Positions 53,145-61,909 of a stretch of 64,000 nt of DNA are shown here, one piece after another. The translations under genes were made by a program, and so were the position numbers. How positions within the stretch are numbered: position 1 is the stretch's first letter; the number at the start of each line of letters is the position of its first letter. Below the pieces are notes generated by a model, which worked only from the letters and a program-made list of their open reading frames with translations, searched no databases and was not told the DNA's origin. Source of the DNA: Myxococcales bacterium (lineage in GTDB: Bacteria > Desulfobacterota > Binatia > HRBIN30); contig JBBILD010000016.1 of assembly GCA_037445065.1 (NCBI GenBank), positions 1 to 64,000 on the forward strand, in the 5' to 3' direction.

Positions 53145-53705
53145 GTAGACGGCGAGCCGCGAGCAGCGAGCGGTAAACGGTAAATGGCGAATGGCGAAGG
53201 ATCCCCCTTCGCCGCACATGGCGGATGGATTTCGTGCAGGGCCGTTCCCTGCGGGGCGAGAGGCCTGATTTGCGCAGCGGCGAACGGCGAAATGGGTCGG
53301 TGCGGTCCCCACGCCGAATCTGATTCGATGTAGGGGCGGCCCTTGTGGCCGCCCGTGGCGCTGCGGGCAAGGCATTGCCATCGTGTGCGCGGTGGTGGCG
53401 ACGTGGCTGCCGTGCCGCGGGTCTCGGCGCGGCGCGATCGGCGCATTCGATTCGGAACACGGGCAGGCACAAGGCCTGCCCTTACAACGTGTTTGCGGCG
53501 AGCTGCTCCCGCATGGGCACGGATGCCCCCTGCGGCATGTAGGGGCGGCCCTTTTGGCCGCCCGTGGCGCCGCGGGCAGGGCGTCTCGATCATCCACGCG
53601 GTCACATCTCGATCGCGGTGCCGGCGACCCGCGGTTCCACCGCCGCGCTGCTGCCGAACATCCACGTTGCCTCCACCACCACTCAAAGCTGAAGGCGTTG
53701 CACGG
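53145..53705 (+). repeat. Composite REP-containing intergenic element, copy 6 (REP1, inverted REP2, REP1)
   Basis: 7-mer array 53149-53197; REP1 53330-53354; reversed REP2 53461-53485; REP1 53539-53563; degenerate GCTGAAGGCGTTGC hairpin near 53690. Confidence 0.87.
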
Positions 53706-53782
53706 TGGAAAGGGATTGCATCCTATAAGGGCCTTCGTGTCATTGCCGGTGCGATACCGGGCGTGCCACGCAGCGGCGCGGC

Positions 53783-55090
53783 TCAGCTCCCCCACCACCG
53801 CGCGCGCCAGCGCCGCCACCAGGATGCTGGGGTCGGCGAGGGTGCTGGGATGCCTTGCATTGCCGTGGGCGAGGCAGCGCCTGCGTTTCGTTGCGTCGCT
53901 GCGCCTCTCGTGGCGGGCACGGCAGTGGTCGGCAACGGGGTTGGGGGACCCACTCGAGGAGGCGTCGCGGTAGTTTCTCCCGTAGGGGTACGCTGCGGGG
54001 TGCCCGTGGGGCTCCGTGCGGGCGTTGTGGGTGCTGTGGTTGTCGGCGCGAGCGCCTGTGCCTCCGAATCCGCCGGCGACTCAGGTGCGGCGGACGGCTC
54101 GCTTGTGTTCTCCACGCTTGCCGGGGCGGTGCTGGCACTGGAGGGTCCGGGAGTCGGCGAGCGTGTTACCGGTAGCGTGGGGAGCGGGAGCGTGGGGGTA
54201 TCGAGACGCTCGAGCGAGCGGACAGAAAGCGGCACACTCTCTGCCGGTGCGCGGCGCGCTGCGGCCCACGGTGGTGTCCAGCGCGGCGCCGCCGCGGCGG
54301 GGTCCGGTTCCACCTTGAGCTCGAAAATCAGCACGCCGTCGGGCCGTCCGTCCGGGGTGAGGGTTTCGGTGCCGACCCGGTCGATGTCGGTGAAGTCTCG
54401 CGGGCGCCACTGCTTGGGCTCACCACTCGAAGGAAAGAAGAATGCCGCGGTGAGGCGGGCGAGGAGCTGGCCATCGCGAAACTCGAGACTCTGCGGGTTG
54501 TCCACGACGTCGAGCGCGAGGGAAAGCGTGCTCGGGGAGGGATTCGCCCGGTGGTGAGTGAACCCGTATCGCCACGGGATCCAGGCACTGATGCCCGGGT
54601 TGATGTTGTCCCCATTGAAGTAGAGGTTGAGCACCACAGCGGCTGGGAATTCCCCCGGCAGGTACTGCCAGAACAGGTGCGATACGTGGGCTGAGACGAG
54701 CGGGGCAGGCCAAAGGTCGACGGTCAGCGTCCCGTCCGCTGCTTGCGGAAAGGGAATGCCTCGGGTTTGGGGCGGTGGCCAGCGGGTAAACCCGAGTGCA
54801 CGCCCGCCGAGACCAGAAGCGGTGTGCCACACAGGCCCCACCGGCTGCCCCTCGCCGTCGGCTGAGTACAACAGCACGCCAGTGAGTTGCAGTGCATGCC
54901 CGCATGCGGGTGAAAGCGCAGCGAGGACCAGCATCGCAAGGCCCGCTGAACGCAACGCAAGACTCCGTCCGGCTCGGCCCAAGCCCGGCGCCCCTCTGCG
55001 CACTGCCAGCGCTCGTGACTCGTCTGCGCGGGCGCCGACGCGGTGCGCCCTGCGGACCAGCCGCTGCAGCTTGCCAGGGGAGAGAGGCAC
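53783..55090 (-). CDS. Hypothetical exported protein with Pro/Thr-rich tail and Trp/Arg-rich C-terminus
   Basis: Hydrophobic signal-like segment, aromatic-rich core domain, PT-rich region, ends WWRRWRARWWGS; true start may be downstream of 55090. Confidence 0.65.
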   Translation of the reverse strand: MPLSPGKLQRLVRRAHRVGARADESRALAVRRGAPGLGRAGRSLALRSAGLAMLVLAALSPACGHALQLTGVLLYSADGEGQPVGPVWHTASGLGGRALGFTRWPPPQTRGIPFPQAADGTLTVDLWPAPLVSAHVSHLFWQYLPGEFPAAVVLNLYFNGDNINPGISAWIPWRYGFTHHRANPSPSTLSLALDVVDNPQSLEFRDGQLLARLTAAFFFPSSGEPKQWRPRDFTDIDRVGTETLTPDGRPDGVLIFELKVEPDPAAAAPRWTPPWAAARRAPAESVPLSVRSLERLDTPTLPLPTLPVTRSPTPGPSSASTAPASVENTSEPSAAPESPADSEAQALAPTTTAPTTPARSPTGTPQRTPTGETTATPPRVGPPTPLPTTAVPATRGAATQRNAGAASPTAMQGIPAPSPTPASWWRRWRARWWGS

Positions 55091-55159
55091 AGTCGCCGTT
55101 TAGCACATCGTAGCCCAGCCCGACGGGAGGCGTTCGCGAGGTGTTCCCGGACACCTACG

Positions 55160-55360
55160 GCGTGGCCGCGGACAGCGAGCAGTGGATTGCGAATGGCGAA
55201 TGGGGGATGGTCCCTCCTTCACCGGACATGACGCTCGGCTTTCGTGGTTCCATGCAAGGCCCGACGGTCGCTTTGGGTAGCGGCGAACGGACAAACGGCC
55301 GGCGCTGTCCCCCCGCTGAATTTAGTTCGATGCGGGGGCGGCCCTTGTGGGTGCCCGTGC
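55160..55360 (+). repeat. Degenerate composite intergenic element, copy 7
   Basis: 7-mer array 55165-55206, linker similar to 53200-53330, degenerate REP1 at 55332-55356. Confidence 0.72.
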
Positions 55361-55547
55361 TTTGATTCGAGCATCCGTGGCCCGCAACGCGGGCTCGCCG
55401 CTTTACTGAGCCAGGGCTGAACCGTGCACCGGTTTCGGCTCGCTTGGTGGAGGCCGCATCGCCGCCGTCGTGCTGCGGCCTGGTGGGAAGGATCCTGTGC
55501 TTGAACCCAGCTCCGTACCCAGGCAGAGCAAAGGGCGGTCTGGAGAT

Positions 55548-58500
55548 CTAGCTGCATCCGTTCAACGCGTTGTTCACTCCCTGGATGGTCTCGTTGATGG
55601 TGACTTCCCCATCGTGGCTCGAGTCGAAAACCGGGCACTCATTCAAAGACTTGTTGCGGAACGCGATGTTCACGCCTTGGATCCGTTCGTCCACGGTAAC
55701 CTCTCCATCCTCGTTGCAGTCGCCCGTGCAGGCCGTGCGGCCGGCAGCAGTCGCGGTGGGAGTGGGTTTCGGGCGGCGCGTGACAGGAGTCGGTGTGAGG
55801 GTCGGCGCCGGGCCGGGATACGGACCGCGTCGGTAGATGACGCCGGCTGCCGCGTCGGGTCGGACCAGTTCTTGGGGGCCGCTCGGTGTGATGCGATCGG
55901 CGGCCAGCGCCCGCCTCACGAGCGAAGTGCCGATGACCGTCTCGGGGTCGCTCACCATGTGCAGCACCGCAGAATCGTCACCGTTGTAGACTGGCAAGCC
56001 CGGGGTATCGCCCGTTAGCGCCACCTCGGCGGTGCGGCCGTCGGTCAGGTTGGCGGCGACCACCCGATTCTCCCCCTGCGCGAAAACATCGAGCAGGAGG
56101 AAGTTGTCACTGGTGTTGCTGAGCGAGGGGGTTCCCAACGTCGAGGCCGGGAACCGGCGGCACCACGACCAAGGTGCGCCGCAAGAGCAGGTCGTATGCG
56201 TAGACACTCCACAAACCCAAATCCTCACCGCCGGCAACGGGGACCACGTTGTAGGCGTAGTAAATAAGAAACCGCCCGTCCGCGGCGAAGTCCATCCCGT
56301 CGGCAAATTTCAAGGGTCCGATTTGCTGTCTATCGATCGAGGGAGCCGCGAGCGGAACCTTCTCCGCGGTCTCGCTGCGCAGGTCAACGAGCGTGATCAC
56401 GTGCTCTGGTTGCCCTCGTGCATCGAGCAGGACGAACCCGAACTTGCTCGAGTCCGGCGCCATGGCCACCGAGTGCACCAGACCGGCGCAGCCCAGGCAC
56501 TCTTCTGCGCTTTCGAACTCGGCTTCGGTAAGGATCAAGCACAGCTCGTTGCGCGCGAAGGCGAACGCCGCGATTTGGCCGTCTCCCGACACTGCGGGGC
56601 GCTTCGGCGCCACCGGGACCGCGCTCAGTTGCACCCTGGGTGGGGATCACCGAGGCCAGCCTCGCGGCGGCCGAGGAAGAACTCGTCTTGCCCTGCGTCG
56701 TAAAACACGAACCGCAGCGCATCGGGCCCGGGGACGGGTGGAAACGGCGGCGGCGGGGGTGTGGTCTCGCCGTCGAAAATCTCCACTGCATCGAACGCCT
56801 CGGCGGTGCGTTGGGCTTGGGTGGAGGCCGGGCTACAGAGGTCGGTGGCCGCGAGACGTGCGTCCACGAACTGCGAGTTGCGCAGGAGATACCTGGTCAG
56901 GGCACGGTAAAAGATCCGCTTGGCGTCGCGAATCCCGATCGAGTTGGGAAAGCCGGCCGCGAGCAGGTAGTAGGCGTGGTTGATGAGGCAGCTATTGCCG
57001 TGGACACCGCCGTTGTCTTCCCCGGTGCGAACGAACTCGCTCATCCGCTGCGGGTGCGGGACTCCCGGGAGGTACTCCACCGCCCTGCAATTGGCGTAGT
57101 TTTGCAGCGGGCGCTCGAGAAGCCGTACCCCCTTGTGCCAGTCCGGCCCGCCAAAGGTGAAAAACTCGACGTTCTCGCCGAAGATATCCGACATCGCCTC
57201 GTTCAACGCTCCGGGTTGATCCTGGTAGACGAGACCTGCGGTTTTCTCGGTGACCCCGTGAGTCATCTCATGGGCGATCACGTCGAGGCTGGCAGCAAAA
57301 GGTACCGCATCGCCGAAGAGCCGAACCCGTTGGTCCAAAATGCGTTGAACACATTGCGCCCGAAGCGAACGACGCCGACCAGATTCCCACCTTGCCCATC
57401 GATCGAATTCCGATCGTGGCGCTGCACGTAGTACTCATAGGTTTGCGAGAGCCCGAAAGCCGCGCTTACGCCGTCGGCCAACCACGGTCCGGTGGCCCGG
57501 TTCGCCGTGATGGAAAAAAGTTCCGGAATGGTCTCCGGTTGGTCGGTCGGTGGCTGGTTGCGCGCGCCTTGGATCAAGATGGCGCCACGGGTGCGATTCA
57601 GAGCGGGCGGATCGGATGTCGGATCGAACATGGGCTTGCTCGTATCCACCAGAAAAAACGTTCCGCCTTCTGCTCACACGTTGAGGTCGCGCGTTGTTCC
57701 GAAGAGGTCCTGGCCGGAACCAGCACGATTTTCTTGCTTGACCTTGTTGAACGCCTCCAGCACGCTGCCGTCGCCCGCATCCACGATCACCCGCCACTGA
57801 CCGATGAGCGAAACCCTGAGTTCGTGGCTCCAGGCCAGCCGCGGCGGACCTTCGAGCGGCGCGTGCACGATGAGTTCAGGTGTGCTGGCGGGGCAGGAAC
57901 GCCGCCCGGCACGGTCCGGCGGGCAGCGGCAATGGCTTCTTCGGCGGGAATCGCGGGCTGGACCTCCAGTTTCGCTGGCGTCCGAACGTAGGCACCGTTG
58001 ACAAGCACCACGTTGCCTTCAGGATCGAGGCGGACAACGAGTTCCGATGGCCATACGGTAAGCCCCCGGTAGCGCTGCGCGAAACGAAGATGCCGTTGCC
58101 CGAGAAGATCCTGTTCGTCCCCCTCCAGCACCAATTCCGCGTCTGGATCCTCGATTCCGAGTAGCTCCCGGTTATGGCGCAAGAAGCTGCGCGCGGTCTC
58201 TTGAGCGCGCAGCGCGGCTGTGTGACCGGATGCGCGCGGCTCGAGTACGCGGCCGGCGATCCACATCGGAGTCTGCGAGCTTTGCCGGATGCGCACCTCC
58301 AAACTCGAGCCCGCGCGGGATTCCAAAGCCGCAATCGCCGAGCGCAACAGCGTGCTGCGCTTGCTGGCCGGCCGCTGCCGTTCGACCCGAGCGATCGCCG
58401 CGCGTAGCTTTGCGGGGAGGTCGCTTTTCGCGCCCGGTTCGTTGAGCGTGGCCTGGATGCTGGCCGTACATGCAACCGGGGCCGCAGCGAGTGGGTAGGC

Positions 58501-58596
58501 ACGTAGGGTGCCGGCAAGAATCTGCCCCCGGAGCGCAGTGGACAGGCTCAGCCAAACCAGCAAAGCGACGACCGAGCTTCTTCCCTTCCCAAGCAT
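55548..58596 (-). pseudogene. Disrupted thermolysin-family (M4) metallopeptidase: signal, FTP, PepSY, M4, TolB-like repeats, PT linker, dockerin-like module
   Basis: Collinear fragments in different frames contain NAFW, HEMTH, GALNEAMSD, DNGGVHGNS. About four frameshifts (near 57890, 57320, 56637, 56128) and one in-frame TGA (57674-57676). Confidence 0.85.
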
Positions 58597-58599
58597 TTC

Positions 58600-59340
58600 G
58601 CTCTCCTTTCTGGTCCACCAGGACCGCCCGGCTCACCTTCCCCGAGGTAATTTGTCTGGTCTCTCCAGCGCGGTCGGCACGATCGAGGTCTTGCGTAGCA
58701 CCTCGCCGCTTTGCACAGCGACCGTGACGAGCCAGCGTTCTGCAAGCCCGTGGCGCACGGTCACTGCCCAGGCCAGGCGCGGCGGGCCCTCGGCTGCCAC
58801 GACCACGAGCCGCGCCGGGTAATCGGCGCAGCGCTCCGTCCCCGTGGCTGCGCCTCCGGTACGCTGCGCCCTTGCTGCGCAGGGAGCGCCGGTGCGAGGG
58901 AGGGATCAGCAGGGGTCGGGAGGTTGCACCCGTGCACGAGGGTCAGGTGATGGCCGTGGTCGGAGTGGACGATCCGTCCGGCCGAGTCTACCGGAACCCC
59001 GCGCCAGCTCTGCTCGAGGCGCACCTGCGTTCGCCCATGCTCGTCGTGCACCACCCGATGGACAGTGAACTGCTCACGCGGATTGGTCATGCGAAAGAGC
59101 CTTCGTTGCGGCTGCAAGAAGGCCACGGCAATCTCCTCGCCCTCCTCGCTGCAGGGCGCGAAACTCGGGCTCCAGCTCGGGCCGGGCGAAGAGATTCGCT
59201 GCGAGCAACCAGATCACCGCCGCCGGTGCGGCGTCGCCTCGGAGCTTCACGTCCACTGGCAGCTCGGCTGCGGGCAAGCGCGGCGTGGGGGCTTTTATGG
59301 GCTCGCAGTCGGCGAAGACAATTACGGCGAACGTCACGCC
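58600..59340 (-). pseudogene. Disrupted stand-alone M4 propeptide-like gene (FTP plus PepSY, no catalytic domain)
   Basis: Fragments DEHGRTQVRLEQSWRGVPV and, in another frame, LVVVAAEGPPRLAWAVTV...WLVTVAVQSGEVL parallel the propeptide of the downstream M4 gene; boundaries approximate. Confidence 0.6.
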
Positions 59341-59951
59341 AAAAGCGCGCCTAACGCCCGATCACTCCTTGTCAGTCCGGCCGCGGTGGCACCCCGCCCG
59401 TACCAGCCCCGCTGGGGGGCGCCCCGCTGGGACGGGCCTCTTGCCGTCATTTCTCCGCCGGCCGTGCATCGGGGCCGCGGCGGCGAACCGGCACGAAGGG
59501 GTCTTAGAGGTCCGCAAGGGACATTTCGGAGCGCACTCGCGGGCGCCTGTGCAGCGCTGCCGAACCAGCGAGCCGGCGCCGGTCTCGCTTTGCTCCTTGG
59601 CGGCGAGCCGTTCCATCCCTTGGCTGCGCCGGAAGTCGGCGTTCGTTGCACCGGCGCTTGCGCGGCGCGTGTGGAATCGGGAAGGCTGCGCCAGTCCCCA
59701 GAACTCCGGCAAGTGCTCTATTTGTTTTTGGCCACCGTCGGCCGCTGCGATACCGTTGTTTCAACTCACCCCGAGGCGCTCGATGCAAAAGGTTTTCGCG
59801 GCGACTTGCTCCTTGCCAGGCGCGGGTCGGCTGGCGAGCGCGCCCTCGGTTCGTGTGTGCGCCCTGCTTCGATGCCTCGGTCGGCTGCCGAGAGCGTGGT
59901 TCGGTGGAGCGGGCCCTGCCGAGCTTTGAGACGCGTTGCGTGCGGTGCCGG

Positions 59952-60665
59952 CTAAGCGGTTTGTGGGCACGCATCCAGCCAGTCAGCCAGAGCTTTACGC
60001 CCGGCTGCCATCGCCCGTGTTCCTACCTCTCGTGCCGTGCTGCGCAGCGTCCCCGGCTCGATTCCTGCCTGGGCGAGTTCGACTGCGTGCCCAATGAGCC
60101 AGCTCTCGAAGCGGGTGGCATCCCACTCCGGGTGGAACTGCACGGCCAAGATCGCGTTGCCGAACGTGAACGCTTGCTCGCGGCACAGTTCCGTGGAAGC
60201 GAGGCGGCGCGCTCCGGCTGGCAGGGTGTACGTGTCTCCATGCCAGTGCAGCACAGGGGCGCGCTCGAGCGCAGCGAGTGGGGACGCAAGCCCCTCCGCA
60301 GTCAGGTGCAACGGCGAAAAACCGATTTCCTTGCACCCCATTGGAAACACGCGTCCACCGAGGGTGCGGGCCAGCAACTGCGCTCCTAGGCAAATGCCGA
60401 GAGTGGGAAGGTTTCTTGCCGCCCGCTGCTCGAGCACGCGCAGCTCTTCCCTGAGAAAGGGGTAGCGGCCCTCCTCGTACGCGCCGATCGGCCCGCCGAG
60501 CACGATGAGCAGATCGGTTTCCGCTCCCGCAAGCCCGGCAAACGAATCGGTGCCCGCCTCGCGGTAACGGAACTCGTAGCCGCGCTCCCGCAGCAGGGGC
60601 GCGAGCAACCCGAGGTCTTCGAACAGTACGTGCCGAATGGCGACCGCGATTTTGGCTGTACGCAT
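59952..60665 (-). CDS. Class I glutamine amidotransferase-like protein
   Basis: HVLFEDLG, LGGPIG, GICLGAQL, HWHGDT, QFHPE triad motifs. Confidence 0.9.
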   Translation of the reverse strand: MRTAKIAVAIRHVLFEDLGLLAPLLRERGYEFRYREAGTDSFAGLAGAETDLLIVLGGPIGAYEEGRYPFLREELRVLEQRAARNLPTLGICLGAQLLARTLGGRVFPMGCKEIGFSPLHLTAEGLASPLAALERAPVLHWHGDTYTLPAGARRLASTELCREQAFTFGNAILAVQFHPEWDATRFESWLIGHAVELAQAGIEPGTLRSTAREVGTRAMAAGRKALADWLDACPQTA

Positions 60666-60992
60666 GTCGTAGCCCTCGCCCGGCTCGTTTGTGGCGCGGA
60701 TGCCGCCGTTTCCGCAAGTGCCCACTCGACCGAAAGTGGGGGCACAGCGAACCGGCTCTTTGGCGGAGGCTGAGGTGTTGGCGCGACCCGGGGGCGTACA
60801 ATTCCGGGCGGGGGGCAAGCCCGATCGCGGGTTCCCGGTTCGCACGGAACCGTGCGAGCCGCTGGAAGAAGCGGGCATCGTCGTTCTGCCGGTGCTCGCC
60901 TACGCTCCCTTACGCGCAGTGCGGCACGGCCGCGAGCGGCAGCGCACCGCGAGGACCCAACGGGGTTTTGCGCCGCTCTGTGCCCCCGGAAA

Positions 60993-61065
60993 AGCTGGCG
61001 GGGAGATTCGAACTCCCGACCTACTGATTACGAATCAGTTGCTCTGCCGACTGAGCTACGCCAGC
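60993..61065 (-). tRNA. tRNA-Thr(CGT)
   Basis: GCTGGCGTAGCTCAGTCGGCAGAGCAACTGATTCGTAATCAGTAGGTCGGGAGTTCGAATCTCCCCGCCAGCT folds as a cloverleaf with anticodon CGT; CCA not encoded. Confidence 0.96.
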
Positions 61066-61254
61066 ACCGCATGCCACCGCAGAGCTTCCCCGGATAACGA
61101 AACGCGGTGCGGCCGTCTAGCCCGCAGCCGCTGCGCGTTGCGACGTGCTCGGGCGGCCCTCGTTGTCTGGCGTGAGCCGTTCCCCTGCCTTGCACAGTGG
61201 GGACAGCGCGCACCTTGCGCGGCCGCGCGGTGGTGGGCACGGCAGGCCACCGCC

Positions 61255-61445
61255 CTGCGTTGCCCATGCACGCGCACACGATCGAAGCACCGTGCCGGCT
61301 GCACCACGGGCGGCCACAAGGGCCGCTTCTACATCGCGAAGGGGGCACGCGTGCCTGTCTGGTGGCACGGTGCCGCGAACACAGGTTGTAGGGGCAGGCC
61401 TTGTGCCTGCCGTGTTGCGCATCGAACCGTATGCGCAAATCGGGC
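61255..61445 (-). repeat. REP pair of the composite element, copy 8
   Basis: Reversed REP1 at 61308-61332, REP2 at 61388-61411; flanks resemble 22105-22140 and 53440-53540. Confidence 0.8.
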
Positions 61446-61485
61446 CGCGTGCGCCCTGGCGTCCTCGTGGTTCGCAGCGCGTTCG

Positions 61486-61905
61486 CTAACCCTCTTCCGC
61501 GGCGGGCTCGAAGTACGGGAGCCAAATCTCAGGGCTTTCCTGTCGAAACACCACCCGCACGGGCAGGCCGATGCGAATCGCGCCCGGACTGACGTTGAGC
61601 AGGCGGCTCAAGAGCTTGGGTCCCTCGGCCAGGCGCACTTGCACGACCGCGTACGGAACCTGGTCGCGAAAGGCGGGATGGTAGACCTGGTGCATGACCA
61701 CGTAACTCCACACCTCGCCGCGTCCCGACCCTTCCTCCCAGCGGCTTTCCCGCGACCAGCAGCGCGCGCACAGGGGACGCGGCGGAAAGCGGTACTGGCC
61801 GCACCCAACGCAGCGTTGCAGCATGAGGCGGCCGTGCCGGGCTCCGCTGAAAAACGGTTCCCACTCGGGTGTGATCGCTGGCAGGGGTTTGGCAATGGCA
61901 CTCAC
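61486..61905 (-). CDS. DUF35 family Zn-ribbon/OB-fold protein
   Basis: CVGC...FPPR..CARC rubredoxin-like knuckle, then an OB fold (PYAVVQVRLAEGP). Confidence 0.9.
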   Translation of the reverse strand: MSAIAKPLPAITPEWEPFFSGARHGRLMLQRCVGCGQYRFPPRPLCARCWSRESRWEEGSGRGEVWSYVVMHQVYHPAFRDQVPYAVVQVRLAEGPKLLSRLLNVSPGAIRIGLPVRVVFRQESPEIWLPYFEPAAEEG

Positions 61906-61909
61906 GGCG

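Noticed and set aside
53145..53705. Repeated palindromes with spacers as a possible CRISPR array
   Set aside because: Repeats alternate in orientation and type, spacers are uneven and homologous between loci, and no cas genes are present; this is REP/BIME-like.
57674..57676. In-frame TGA in the M4 gene as selenocysteine or programmed readthrough
   Set aside because: Not a Cys-type redox motif; the context fits Trp, and the same gene has several frameshifts, so decay is the simpler explanation.
57884..57893. GCTGGCGGGG matching the tRNA-Thr 3' end as an att site
   Set aside because: Only about 10 bp in GC-rich DNA, inside the pseudogene, with no integrase nearby; consistent with chance.
59340..59950. 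Several short ORFs between the pseudogenes and the GATase gene
   Set aside because: No motif, RBS or composition support; left unannotated.
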